A DNA stretch of 63,188 nt, counting the filler, from Rhabdomonas costata (taxonomy: Eukaryota), in assembly GCA_019059605.1 (NCBI GenBank). It is 32 parts of 32 records of this genome, joined end to end, with 100 filler letters (N's around TTAATTAATTAA, not from the genome) between each part and the next. Parts side by side here need not be neighbours in the genome. Positions count along the whole stretch, not along the records: positions 1 to 1,879 come from JAHMHO010007839.1; positions 1,980 to 3,858 come from JAHMHO010007840.1; positions 3,959 to 5,835 come from JAHMHO010007841.1; positions 5,936 to 7,815 come from JAHMHO010007842.1; positions 7,916 to 9,793 come from JAHMHO010007843.1; positions 9,894 to 11,772 come from JAHMHO010007844.1; 26 more parts are not named here. One strand, written 5' to 3'. The notes beneath the pieces are model-generated. The model had not been told where the DNA came from. It did no database searches and worked only from the letters and a program-made list of their open reading frames with translations. This document shows, piece by piece, positions 1 to 11,872 of this stretch (position 1 is the first letter of the stretch; each line of letters opens with the position of its first letter). The position numbers and the translations under genes were made by a program.

Positions 1-693
1 CCCATGCTGGTCAGTTGCAAAAAAAAAAAAAACCCGCAGGGCATATACGGGTGTGCTTGTTGGTATGCCCAGCAGGGGGGATTGCACCGCAGACCCAAGT
101 TCAGGAGGTGTTCGCCTTTGCGGGATCCGACTCTTTGACTACTTCTGGTATTGTTTTAGTGATTTGAAGGACCATCCTGGTCGCGGTTTTCATCTTTTTG
201 TGGTCGCCTGTGCTGAGATAAAGGGCGAGAGATCCCTTGCCGAGCACGCCCATTACTTTAAGAAAAAATTAACATACACTAATAAATATCTATTTAATTA
301 AGAGCGGGTGTAGAGGATGCGGAAGCCAGCCCTTAGAGTGCGAGCCTCCCACCAGCGGAGTGCATAGAGACCGTCTTCGAAGGGTTCCCTCCCTTCTCAA
401 AATCTGACTGGAACTGAGTGTGAGAGAATGAGAATGTTTGCCCGACGAATTCGGACATCGAGTTTTCTCACGGTGACTTTCACTCGCTGGCTTCTGGCGT
501 TGGTTATTCTGCTTTTTCCAACAAACTGCATGCTGTTTGTTTATGATAGCACCAGCTTTGTATGACCTCCTCGGCGAAGGCGCTACCGTGCTGAAGCCAA
601 GTTCTAGCGTCTTCGACAGCTCGCTGGAGGGGGGTACTGCAACCTGTGTCACAGGCCGCCTCTTCTGCGTGGGGCAGCGGAAGGACTGCCGTG

Positions 694-1098
694 CAATGGA
701 AGTTGGGGGGAGGGGGAGGTAAGGTTACGTTACCAAAAGCAATTTTTACTGTGGGAGTATATTTTAAAAAGTTGTGGAAGGCCCCCCAGGTCACGTCCCC
801 ACCCAGCAGCCGGCTCCGGCCGCGGTGCGGAATGGCCTTTGCCCCTAAACTAATGCTGTCCTACTAGTCTGCCCATATCCCAGACATTGGCGAGCTCTTA
901 GCCAGCAGTAGTTTTCAGCTGCTTAGCAAAAACAAACATCGGGGACACTGACAAAGCTTACCTAACCCCCTAACAAAAAATAAAGTCATTTCGAGAGTGC
1001 TGGCACACTTCACGTGACCGTTTTTAGCAAAAAGAAAAAAAGTCGGTTTTTTGTGTGGTAACCGTGGTAACCGTCACCCCCCCCCCCAACTTCCATTG
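694..1098. mobile_element. MITE-like element with ~45-bp imperfect terminal inverted repeats, probably intronic
   Basis: 694-737 CAATGGAAGTTGGGGGG..GGTTAC.GTTACCA is the reverse complement of 1052-1098; no clear TSD. Confidence 0.65.
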
Positions 1099-1234
1099 GG
1101 TCAAATCTCCGGTTCAAAGAACGCAAGGAGCTCGACGATATGACAAAAGAAAAAAGTGGAACTCCCAACTCAGCAAACCAGTCTCTGCCTTGCAACCAAC
1201 AAAAAAAAACGCCCAGGAGTGCGGTGGCGCCTAC

Positions 1235-1450
1235 CATCACAGCCAGCGCCTCGAGGATCTCAGTGTGGTTGGGCACGTCCACGTTGAACAGCATCTGGTG
1301 CACCACGTGGTGCATCACACGCTCGGAGAGCAGATTGTGCTTGTACAGCTCCGCCATGAACCGCACGTTGCCCAGGGTCTGACGCCGGAACCGCTGCTCC
1401 GCCAGCTTGGCAGTCGCCAGCTCGTCCTCGGCCATCTCCGAAGTGTCGGG
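1235..1450 (-). CDS. Internal exon of a MIF4G-domain (eIF4G-like) protein
   Basis: 72 codons including RRQTLGNVRFMAELYKHNLLSERVMHHVVHQML..EILEAL, the MIF4G signature; flanked by cag| and |gtaggc. Confidence 0.85.
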
Positions 1451-1879
1451 CTGTGTGCGAAGGGAAGGGCGTAGAGAAAATTGGATGCAAATCCCCCTGC
1501 GTGCGCATCCGCATCTGATAGGGGCGCTCATACCTCCGGGTAGCCGGGGAATGCAGAATCAATTTTGTTACCAAATCGCAGGGCAGTGCCAGGTGCACGC
1601 AACCTGATTGCCGCGGGTGAAGGCATCGTATCTGAAGTAAGTCAGCCGGGATTCAGTCTCATCCCCCCAAAATTCATCGCGCCTGCCACATGAAACGCAC
1701 AACGGAAAGTTCGCGTTGAGCAAGGGGATGAGGGACTCCTACGCAGCGTCACAATATTAGGAACGTGCATTAAGGACGTGTCAGACCCAGTGAGAGTGGC
1801 TACTGTGGAAAGATGACGGGATGACCCTCCCTTAGCTGGACAGAAAGCAGTAAAATAGGAGACCGAAATGCCAAAACAA

Positions 1880-1979
1880 NNNNNNNNNNNNNNNNNNNNN
1901 NNNNNNNNNNNNNNNNNNNNNNNTTAATTAATTAANNNNNNNNNNNNNNNNNNNNNNNNNNNNNNNNNNNNNNNNNNNN
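1880..1979. other. Artificial contig linker N44-TTAATTAATTAA-N44 (first of 31; core 12-mer starts at 1924, 3903, 5880 ... 61257)
   Basis: Identical 100-nt unit with six-frame stops recurs about every 1978 nt; flanking contigs are unrelated. Confidence 0.99.
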
Positions 1980-2696
1980 CCGGAGGGAAAGTAGAAAAAC
2001 CAGAAAATGAGAGTCCAACCGCTAGGGAAGCTTTTGTCCAAGTCGAAGGATCGTTATAGCTAACCCCGTGCCCGGGGGGGCCTAGCCCCCCCCCCTGCTC
2101 GTGTCCCAGGGGACACGTGCATCCAGATGGCAAACATTACAACCCTAGGACGTGCTTCCAAAATTTCTGCTAACATTCGGTGCGAGTGGTGTTGGTGTAT
2201 CGCTCCCGTGCACTCGCGTGCACTCTTGGGTAACTTATAGACCTAGTTTTCCATCCTTACTCAGTCAAAACTGTTTGCCTAGATCTTTGCGTATGAACCG
2301 TTCCGAAGAGGAGATTAGTTGGCCAAAAAAATACCAACAATGGCTGTGACGAGGAGGCATGGAGAACCTGCTTATCGGCGAGGTGCGAGAAGAATCTCTG
2401 CGATTCTCAAGATTCAAAATGCTAACGTTCTAAAAGATTAGAACGAAACCAAATTAATGTTCTTTGTTTGCTTGCTCGTGAACCTCAACGTATTGGCTGT
2501 GCGAGTCAAGTTTGGGGCTTTTTTTTTGCGCATGAAGCGCCGCCGCTGCCCGGATTTTGTGCGGATTTCTTTTTTTTGGAACTTCGGTGATTCTTTCGTT
2601 GAATTCTGAGTGTGCATGTGCATGCTGAGTGTGAGCCTTGCGGCTTGCCGAACAGTGCCGGTTTGATGGCGTCTGGCTCAAAGATGCTCCCCGTTA

Positions 2697-2990
2697 CCCT
2701 CCGCTAGTTGCCTTTTTTTCTTCGTCTTCACGCAGTTTCGCTTTCAAGTCCCTCAGGCGGCGGTTGATTGCGGATTGAAACGGGCTCTGTTGCAAGTAGA
2801 GGTTGATTTCTTCAATCTCGTCCGGAGTGCACCGTGTCTCATTCCCGGGGAGCAAAAACAGGCCGTAGAGGTGCCCGTTCTTAGAGAGGAAAAGGTTCTC
2901 CCCAAAGTCCATGGTTGCCTTCACGTGGGGCCTGAGCTCCATAAGCCTGAGCATCTTGTCACTGGATACACTCGGGGAGAGAGAGGTTGG
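2697..2990 (-). CDS. Probable exon, hypothetical protein; boundaries approximate
   Basis: Protein-like ORF (ELRPHVKATMDFGENLFLSK...INRRLRDLKAKLREDEEKK); no family recognised. Confidence 0.5.
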
Positions 2991-4198
2991 GAGCGTCCTT
3001 CAGGCCGCGAATTGGACTAGCGTCAGGGGGCCTCTTCGGTGCTGCACGTTAGCCTCGCGGCAAAAAGGTGCGGAGGCCCTCGCCATAAGAAAGCCAGTGG
3101 GGTCAGCAGATTAGGCTAGAGAGGAGGCGCTGGACTCAAAAAGTGGGAATAAACGCAAAGAAGAATAAAAACAGGTTGAAACTGCGAAGAAGGCAAGAAA
3201 AAAATAAGCAGCCCGTGCAAAGCATGCGGGCGAGAAAAGTCAAATGAAAAAAGCAATATGCGGCAGAAGGTACAATGACGCCCCACCAAAAGGCACGATG
3301 AGCGCCTGAAAAAATGGGCGATAAATTGCTGGCCACCTGTGGGGACAGGTCTGCAAACTAATTCTAATTTTTGACCTTTTAGAAAGCTGGCATTTGAATC
3401 GCAGAGCCACCATCCACCATCATCCACCTCCACAATGCTCCTTCCCAAAATCGGAATTGCGGAGGACGAGGAGAATCCTCCGCAATACAACAACGAAGGC
3501 CAAAAGCAACGCAGTCTGCCACAAGGCAGTGCACGAGGAAAGAGAACTCCGAGAGGTATCACCGTGCACAAGACACAACACAAACGAATCCAAAGGTGAA
3601 AGGAGGCCGGGACTCAGCCGGCGCTCCTCAGAGGGTTCACGGCGAGCACCGAGAGGGTAGCCACGGTGGACGGTGAATGCAAGGCACCCGTAAACACAAA
3701 CCCACATCAACAAACTAAAAAAAAACATATCAACAAAACGAATGTGCCCCTTGACAACGTGAGGGGGACGTGGTTTTCCACGTGCTTGCGGAAGGGAAAG
3801 AGAGAGAGAAAGAGAAAGAGAAAGACAGTTTCCGTGCAGAAGCACGCGCACACACAAANNNNNNNNNNNNNNNNNNNNNNNNNNNNNNNNNNNNNNNNNN
3901 NNTTAATTAATTAANNNNNNNNNNNNNNNNNNNNNNNNNNNNNNNNNNNNNNNNNNNNAAAAAGAGACAGGAATGGTGGAATGTAACCTTTTTCTGTGTG
4001 TGAGTGTGTGTGGTGGTGGAAGTGTTGCACATTTAAAGCGCCTGAAAAGACCATCAATCTGGAATCCCCCTCCTCAACAGAGGTTTCTTAATCTCGAGGC
4101 AAAATATCCGTTCCCTTCTGCCCACAACCCGAGGAACCTACTGCTCCCTTCTTCAGCTCCTGGCGCGCGACAAAAGAAAAACCACAAAACGGACAGAC

Positions 4199-5248
4199 CT
4201 GTGCCTGGTGCCGGGGGAATGTTCATCGCGACCTGAGGGTTGAGGGCTCGCCGGACCATCTCAGGGGACTGGCCCAGCGCCACCGCAACCATCACCAGGC
4301 CCACCATCTTGCGGATCTGGTGCAGCAGGAAGCTCTGTCCACGTACCTCGAAGGAGAGAAGCTCCAGCCCAGGGCACCCCGGGGCCTCGAAGGGCTCGCT
4401 GCAGGTGAAGCTTGTGATGTAGCGCAGGGCCTGAGACACGTGCAATGACCCCGAGTAGCTGCACTTGGCACCATGTTTCTGCTTTTATTCCACCTACATT
4501 TTGGTAAACGTTCTTCCGCTTAGTTTTCAGGCTTGTTTTTATGGCTTTTTTGTCTTGTTGGAGATTTGAGGAGTGCTGTCGAATTCCTTTCCTTTCTCAT
4601 TAGCCCTGCGGAGAATTTAGGGTTTCAAGCGGATAAGCAAAAAAATCTTATCAAGGAAAGTCCAGGTCCAAAGCGCGTTCTGCAGGACGCAAAGCGCAGA
4701 GGATAGAGGTGAGGAACAGCACCACAAAAACCCTGAAAGTGAGAGAAAGGGTGGGGGTTTGCTGCCCAAGGAGAATGTGGGCAAATCTTCTTACTCGGAG
4801 GAATTGAAAAATGGAGGGGAGGAGTGACAGACCACCGGCGAACAATAAACCAAAAAATCATCTGCCGGTCCAAAGCAATGGGTGATCTGGGTGGGAACTT
4901 GATAGGTACAGCTGAACTGGCTAACGAATAAGAACGATGATGTCATTCAAGACCTATCACTGATCACTGAACATTGGATGGGAACCTGAGTTCGAGCTGA
5001 GCTGGGGCAAGAGGGAAGGCACCCCCCATCCCTCACACTGGAGAAACACAAAAATACGCACTACTCCCCCCCCCTCCCCACCGCAAAAAGAATAACACTG
5101 GAGGGTGCGATTGCCTTGCCGTCATTGCCTCGCATCTGCTTTGTGAAATTGTGGAAGGGGTGGGTGCCCACGTAGCACCCCAGCAGCGCCCGAATTTTCT
5201 GCAGAGTGTCCGCGGTGATGCGGTAGGACCGCAGCCTGCCCAGCTCCT
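4199..5248 (-). CDS. PUS1: tRNA pseudouridine synthase (TruA/PUS1), exons 5248-5115 and 4430-4199
   Basis: [45 protein letters not shown]; joined in frame by a GC-AG intron at 5114-4431. Confidence 0.93.
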
Positions 5249-6199
5249 CTGTACGCGAAAGTGTTATTGTGCAGAAGCGACAACGCTCTGGCACACACCC
5301 ACAGCACCCTTCACTCCACTGCAAAGGGTAGCTCGCGGACCATCCAAACTACTAAACTAGTGTACCAATGATCACCAGCTGAATCGGATGTGAGGCACAC
5401 ATCATGTCTCCCCTCCCCTCCCAGAGCGTGACGTGGTAGCCTGGTGAGTCACAGCCCCAACATGCCAACATCCCAACATCCCATGTCGTGGTGTCAGGAG
5501 TGGATGGTGACAGTGGTACTATATGCCCATGGTTTACGTGGGTTGATGCGGTGAGGTGAGGCCTTGGCACAGTGGGAGGTAACATCAGCATGTCGGTCTC
5601 GGCGACCTCCACTTTGAGTGTTGACCCAACATTGGGTCACCCGGTAGGCATCACCACTACCAGGGTTACCACGCCATGACCACAGGTGACATCATTCGCT
5701 TTCCCTTGGCTTGACACACCTCACATTGTTATGCAAAACCTCTGCCTAAACTACATTGTACCTTATTGGTTACATTGCCCTATGACAACCTGTCCTGCTG
5801 TACTACGTGATTCTGAGGCACAGTTAGGCGCAGAANNNNNNNNNNNNNNNNNNNNNNNNNNNNNNNNNNNNNNNNNNNNTTAATTAATTAANNNNNNNNN
5901 NNNNNNNNNNNNNNNNNNNNNNNNNNNNNNNNNNNTTGTTGTTGTAGTGATCCATACATGGCAGAATTTTCTCAGTCCAACAAAGCATCGAATCACGTTA
6001 GCCTCTAGGGTGTGTGTCCCCATCTCCGTTTCCTGCTCCTAGCGTATTCGGGACAAAATGTCAACATTATCCTCCCCGAAGATGTGAGTGAGAAGTAGAT
6101 CAAATTCCTGAAGTCGGTGTTGTCATTAGATTTGATTTGAGGATCTGATTTGCCATCATGTGCATATAACGAAGGCAATTTTTGTCGGTAAAGACATCG

Positions 6200-7500
6200 A
6201 ATCTCGACCCATGTAGTTAATGCGGCCGCTTGTATAATGCGTAGACTAAGCCAAACATTATTTTTCATAGGTCTGGTCGTTTCCTTTGTGCTTGCATAGC
6301 TTTCGTCTTGTGCATACAAAATACAAATGTCAAAGTCGCTCAGCACTATTCTTTTGGAAGAGCATCGCTCCAGTGCTAGAGTCAGAAGCTTCATTGTACA
6401 AGATGAACGAATTGTAAATACAAGAAAAGCGTATCGATATATAATGTGTATTCAAATGCTTGAGTGCTCTTTGATAGGCAAACCCGAGTTCCTCGTGGTT
6501 TCCTTCGACAGAATATGGGTCATGTTGGTTGCAATCGTCGCAAACTTAGGGATAAATCTGTGGTAAAACCGCACAATACAATAAACGTTGAAGTTCCGTG
6601 GGGTCTTCAAGTCCGATATCGACTGCAGATTCTCTGAAACTTGTTGCCTCAACCATGGAAGACGTAGACGGCAAACTCAATCTCCGGTTGAGAGAATGAA
6701 TAGTTCTTCAAATTGACGTATGCTGGTTACTTCCGGTCTGGTCAACTGAGGACTCGAAGGAGGTGGTCCGCGTGTTATTTAAGTGTATCCTAGGAAGCAA
6801 CAATGTTGTAGAAGTAAATGTCGGTGAATAAGGTCATTTCTGAAAACTCAAAATTGTCCGGAAAAAGGCATCACAAAGGGCTTCGAAAGGCATCCATGTC
6901 ACACACTTGCTCAACCGCGAAAAGCATTGCTTGCAGGGTTTGGGGATACGGCAAATGGCGGTGTTGCACTTGGACTTCAAAAAGGTAGACATCACGCCTG
7001 CCTTCGACACCGTCCCTAAAACCGCGCACGACGGCCTTGAGCCGCCAATCGTGTAAGGGGTAAGTGGCCATGGTGGCATTGGACGTGGAATTGTGGCTCG
7101 CCAGTCTCTTTTGGAGATCGTCGGTAGAGCCACAGTACGGCGCTTTAGTTCCTTCTCATTCCAAGACGTACGCCACGTTGATTCCGGGGCCCGAAGGCAG
7201 CACTCTGGGCTCGTAGAACTCGGTAGACGTGTTCTCTACGACGCCTGTAGAGTCCAGAGAGGTCGAACACGTCAAAAGATTGGTCTGTGTGAGAGTTAGA
7301 ACGCCTATATGTGTGTTCAAAGTAAAGGGAAATAGGTGGGGAAAATTGTGACATTACCTGATGCAGTAATTTGTCGACCATGCCGTGCCAGCTCGTGCGT
7401 GCTAAAAGGAGACGTCTGATAGTGTCCACACAAAACCCGCAAAAGTATATATCACCAAGTCGTCGAACCCGGGTCAACAGGGTGACCAGAACTTGTTGTC
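6200..7500 (-). mobile_element. Decayed Ty3/gypsy-type LTR retrotransposon pol (protease-RT-RNase H order)
   Basis: Frameshifted remnants: VDPGST (~7470, protease), PKETGEPQFHV and SKAGVMST..WMPF (RT), FYHRFIPKFATIATNMTHIL (~6550), ESYASTKE (~6290, RNase H). Confidence 0.65.
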
Positions 7501-7931
7501 CCATTTGTCGTCAGCGCATGTCGCAATGCGGTCTTCGGTCCTTCCATGGCTGGCGTGAACCGTCGAAGCACAGGAAAGCTCGAGGTCAAACTGCGTTCGC
7601 TTCAAGTTCAAGTTAGATCTTTCCGGAAGGATACCTCTGAATGAGAATGCAAAACAAAAGGAGGGCTATTTTCGCACATCCAAAGCAGTGTTGTACATTG
7701 GACAATGAACCAAAAAAGCAGTTCAGAATTGTTTAGCGAGGTTCAGCGCAGGCGAAGAGCAGCAAAAAAAGCAGCACGCCTAACATGTGGAACGCGGAAT
7801 GCGGTAAACACCACANNNNNNNNNNNNNNNNNNNNNNNNNNNNNNNNNNNNNNNNNNNNTTAATTAATTAANNNNNNNNNNNNNNNNNNNNNNNNNNNNN
7901 NNNNNNNNNNNNNNNGGGTGGGGGTGTACGA

Positions 7932-8180
7932 GACCCGAACTGGACGTAGCACTCCAGCGTGAAGAGCGAGCATGAGCTGAAGCCCCAGCATCAGACACAG
8001 AAAGCCCACAGGAGGGCTCTGGGCAGCAAACACCAGAGGGAAGGCAAGTCCTGAGACCATCAGAGGGGTGGAGGCCACCGCTTTCCCCAGCCCAGGAGGG
8101 GTGAGCTGGAAGAGGAGCAGCCCCCCGACATGGAAGCCAACAGAGAGCAGCCCAAGGACGGCTATCCTCCAGAAAGGCAT
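7932..8180 (-). CDS. First exon of a putative MBOAT wax synthase (downstream tandem copy)
   Basis: ATG at 8180, 6 nt after a pyrimidine tract and AG; hydrophobic N-terminus LTPPGLGKAVASTPLMVSGLAFPLVF resembles the plant wax synthase N-terminus. Confidence 0.55.
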
Positions 8181-9097
8181 TCCCACCTAGGTGCTCGTAA
8201 GCGAAGGGTATCAGAAGGAAAGGAGGATGGGGCAGAGCTCAACGCGCAGCGAACGGAAGAAATCCAGCAGCTGTCCCCGAGCGGGCAACATGGATAACAG
8301 CAGCATGTCAAAACATCGACAAACGAAGACCCCTCCTCTCCAATTCTTCTACCGACACCACACCAACCCCCTTATGATACGGAGGGAGCTTTCAACAGAT
8401 CAGCCGATTCTCTTCATTCTAGTAAGTAGGCGTTAAACAGTTAACGCCCTCCCCGCATGCAACAACCCCGGAAGGCGGGGGGCGGGGGTGGTCATTCCCA
8501 TCACCCCACTGTTCCCCCTCGGCCGCAAAGACAAAACAGCCAACAGGAACGACTACAGCAGTTCATCGACAGACACCCCCATCTCAGAAAGGTTTTTTTT
8601 TTGCTATTAATCAATCTCGAACAATCCGACGGCGGAGGGCGCTGTGCCCTGCGCGTGGGATGCAGGGGGAAAGCAGGGGGTAAACCACAGAGAACTCGGC
8701 GTGCAGGCGACAACGAACGAAGCTGCCAGCGTGGGGTGGAAAGGATTCACACCAGAACAAAGATTCTCGCAAAAAGAAACAAAAGGGTCCGAAAAACGCG
8801 ACGTCAGACCACAGCCCCATAAGAATAAGGCTTGAGAGCTGCACACATACATAAGTCCTCTCTTAACCTATTCCCGTCTCAATGGCTGTCCTGGCGGGCA
8901 CTCACAGCACCGCCCCACTCTCACTCCGTTACCGCGGCTGTCCCATGGGGAGCAAAGGATTGCGGAGGCCGCTGCCGCCGCTGACCCGGGCACGCACACC
9001 CTGACCCCCCTCCAGACGTTAGCCCCCATTTTCTTCACAAACCACATCTCATTGAATCAACCACCTTACCCTTGTTTTTGGTAGAACTCCTCACAGC

Positions 9098-9793
9098 TTA
9101 AAGTGGAAAGCTGCCGTTGCCCAGCATCCCCCGGTGGGGCACGCCCACCCCCAGCGCAGAGAGGTAGGGGGCCATGATCTGGTCCTGGATCCCGCACCGC
9201 ACCAGAGGAGGGAAAAACAGCCACTGTGTTGTCGCGGTGAGCACCACGAACACCAGCGCCTGCCTCACCACGGGCGGGGGGTTCAAAGGTACCCTCCGCA
9301 CAACCTAAGCACACCAGCCCCAAGTTCGAGGAATTCACATACCGCGGTATACACCGCGACCGACGCTACACCAAACTGTTGGGTCTACCTCCTCTCGGCC
9401 GATTTTGATTGTATCCGTGTGTGTCTGCGTGTGCAGTCTCGCCTCACCCGTCGACCTCCCCCCAACCCCCACACACACTCACACAACGACAACGACAACG
9501 ATGTCCTGAGTGGTCATTAACGTGCTGGTGCCGCCACAACTTAGGCTCTATGTGGGGGCGAGAGCAACCTCGGCACCGCTCACCGTTTCAGTCCCCCCCC
9601 CCCATTCGGCAGCATCTATGTAGCGCTTGCTCGTCGACGTCACGTTTCCCCTCAGAACGTAGAGAGGCACCCGAGAAATCGAACATACAATTACTCCATT
9701 AACGATGACGAGCTCACAGCACACACCTGCTGCTCCACCAGCTGCAGCACCCCCTGCAGCAGGAAGAACCGCAACCACTCCCCCGTCACCCAA
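9098..9793 (-). CDS. C-terminal exons of an MBOAT wax synthase (long-chain-alcohol O-acyltransferase), 9793-9727 and 9304-9098
   Basis: WVTGEWLRFFLLQGVLQLVEQQ|VVRR..ALVFVVLTATTQWLFFPPLVRCG..TAA; GT-AG intron 9726-9305. Confidence 0.8.
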
Positions 9794-10774
9794 NNNNNNN
9801 NNNNNNNNNNNNNNNNNNNNNNNNNNNNNNNNNNNNNTTAATTAATTAANNNNNNNNNNNNNNNNNNNNNNNNNNNNNNNNNNNNNNNNNNNNTGTTGTT
9901 TGTGGACGTGGGCGTCGTTGCCTGGCTCTTCTTCAGCTTCGAGGGATTCCCGCCACCTGGAGAATAGTTGACATGGGCTGCGGGGACGCTGAGCTGGCGC
10001 TTGCCCTGGATAACGAGGTTAGTATTCGCCCTTCTGCTCTGATCAAAATCGCTCTGTGACCAATCATTTTAGTACTCTCTCTGATTAGTTTGGGGTTGCA
10101 CTTACTTTTTAACTACGTTTACGTTGTATTTCCAGCGTCGAGGTGCTGCGGCTTCCTTCCCAATGGAGTTGCTCCGCTGCCTTGTTTCTCTTGGGCACCT
10201 TTTCACGTTAGAAATGTGTTGAAACATGGTCCGAAATCCCTGAGTACCATGGACGTTGGATCCCTCGAAGACTTAAGATTATGCATTGTTTGCGTATTCT
10301 CCGGCTTTCGGCAACCATTTCCTAGGTACTCTCCTTCGATCTTGTCGCCCGCAATCCCCGTGTACAAGTCGCAGACATAACTCACGTATGTCGTGCCTTT
10401 TGATTTTCCAGTCTCCCATGGCGGTTACTCACGACGCACCCTACTCAATGCCATGAAATGCTTCAGACTCTAAATTTGGAACCTCGTAATTGCAACGATA
10501 CCTCGGGGTGGGGTGGGGTAGAAGTCTAATAATTTCATCAACATACTGAACAGTATATCGGCGGCTGGAACCCAGCCTACGAGGATTTTTTTCAATAAAT
10601 CCTTGTTTGCGTTAGGCAAAAGACGGTGGGCGGTTAATGCACCCCCTTGGGGATCCTTCTGGTGGTTCTTCCACTTTTTTTTGTTTATACGCAAACAGGC
10701 ACTAGCTAGCTCAGGCTCCAGGTGCCAGGTGGGAACCCGACCCCTCCCCCACTGCCCTGAATGATGAAACATGG

Positions 10775-10796
10775 AGAGAGAGAGAGAGAGAGAGAG
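10775..10796 (+). repeat. (GA)n microsatellite
   Basis: Direct reading. Confidence 0.95.
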
Positions 10797-11555
10797 TCCA
10801 AAACGGTGCCAGCGTTCAGCAAGCTCCCAGTTAAGCGCACTCCAAGTTTACACAAACGGAAACGAAACCAGGCTCCACCCTGCACAGCGCAGTGCTCCAT
10901 GGGAGTGTGGTGCAATGCAGTGCAGTCGGGGAGGTGGTATGATTCACAGCTCCCAATCGGAGAGAGCTCCGCGGAGGTTGCGGTGGTGTGCCTGGCATTG
11001 CTGTCCAGCAACTGGGTGGACATTCTCCTGGAGGCCCACCGGGTGCTTGTTCACGGGTTGGCTGCGCCCTGTGTGAGGAAGAAAAGCTTGGGGTGGGGGT
11101 GCGCGAAAGGTTTTCGCCGCTTGCACTCTGAAATGTGCAATGACACCCCTTCCTCGGTTGAAAATATGCGTAATATGCTTCCGAAGGGCTCGTCTCCACA
11201 TTATCTGTCGTGGGGTTTTCCGTCATTGCACCATTCGGCTTTTCTGGTGGCATCAGGTCAGGGTTATATTGCATCATACCGAGACATTAGAATGAAGGAC
11301 TTCCCCCGTAGTCACGGTTTTCGTTGTCAAGCCCTCGCTCCAATCTCTCCATTCACAGCACACCTCTGCCATCCTGCGCCTTTGATGAGGAGTTTGGGAG
11401 TAATTACGTTCTTTAGGCCCTTTGCGCGTGTCTGGGGGGTTCGCTCTCAGGGGGTTGCTGAAGCTAGCTGACCTGGTCGCTCGAATCGCCGACCCTCTCT
11501 TCCTGCGGCTGATGCAGTACATTGGGTTTGTGTGCCTGCGGCAGGTCCCAGCACA

Positions 11556-11758
11556 ATGATACGATATGATGCGATATGCTATGCTATGCTATGCTATGCT
11601 ATGCTATGCTATGCTATGATATGATATGATATTTGCTATACTAATGATATGATATGATATGATATGATATGATATGATATGATATGATATGATATGATAT
11701 GATATGATATGATATGATATGATATGATATCATATCATATCATATCATATCATATCAT
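11556..11758. repeat. Pentanucleotide satellite (ATGCT)n/(ATATG)n that flips to (ATATC)n near 11730
   Basis: Direct reading. Confidence 0.95.
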
Positions 11759-11872
11759 TAGTACAACAAACCNNNNNNNNNNNNNNNNNNNNNNNNNNNN
11801 NNNNNNNNNNNNNNNNTTAATTAATTAANNNNNNNNNNNNNNNNNNNNNNNNNNNNNNNNNNNNNNNNNNNN

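Noticed and set aside
3456..3486. 11-bp perfect hairpin
   Set aside because: Isolated, with no context supporting a function.
10761..11471. 236-aa plus-strand ORF, and similar long ORFs at 15834, 28746, 46765 and 48189
   Set aside because: They run through microsatellites, introns or antisense exons and show no recognisable motifs.
11700..11760. Satellite strand flip forming a palindrome
   Set aside because: Contig-terminal and self-priming, so probably an artefact.
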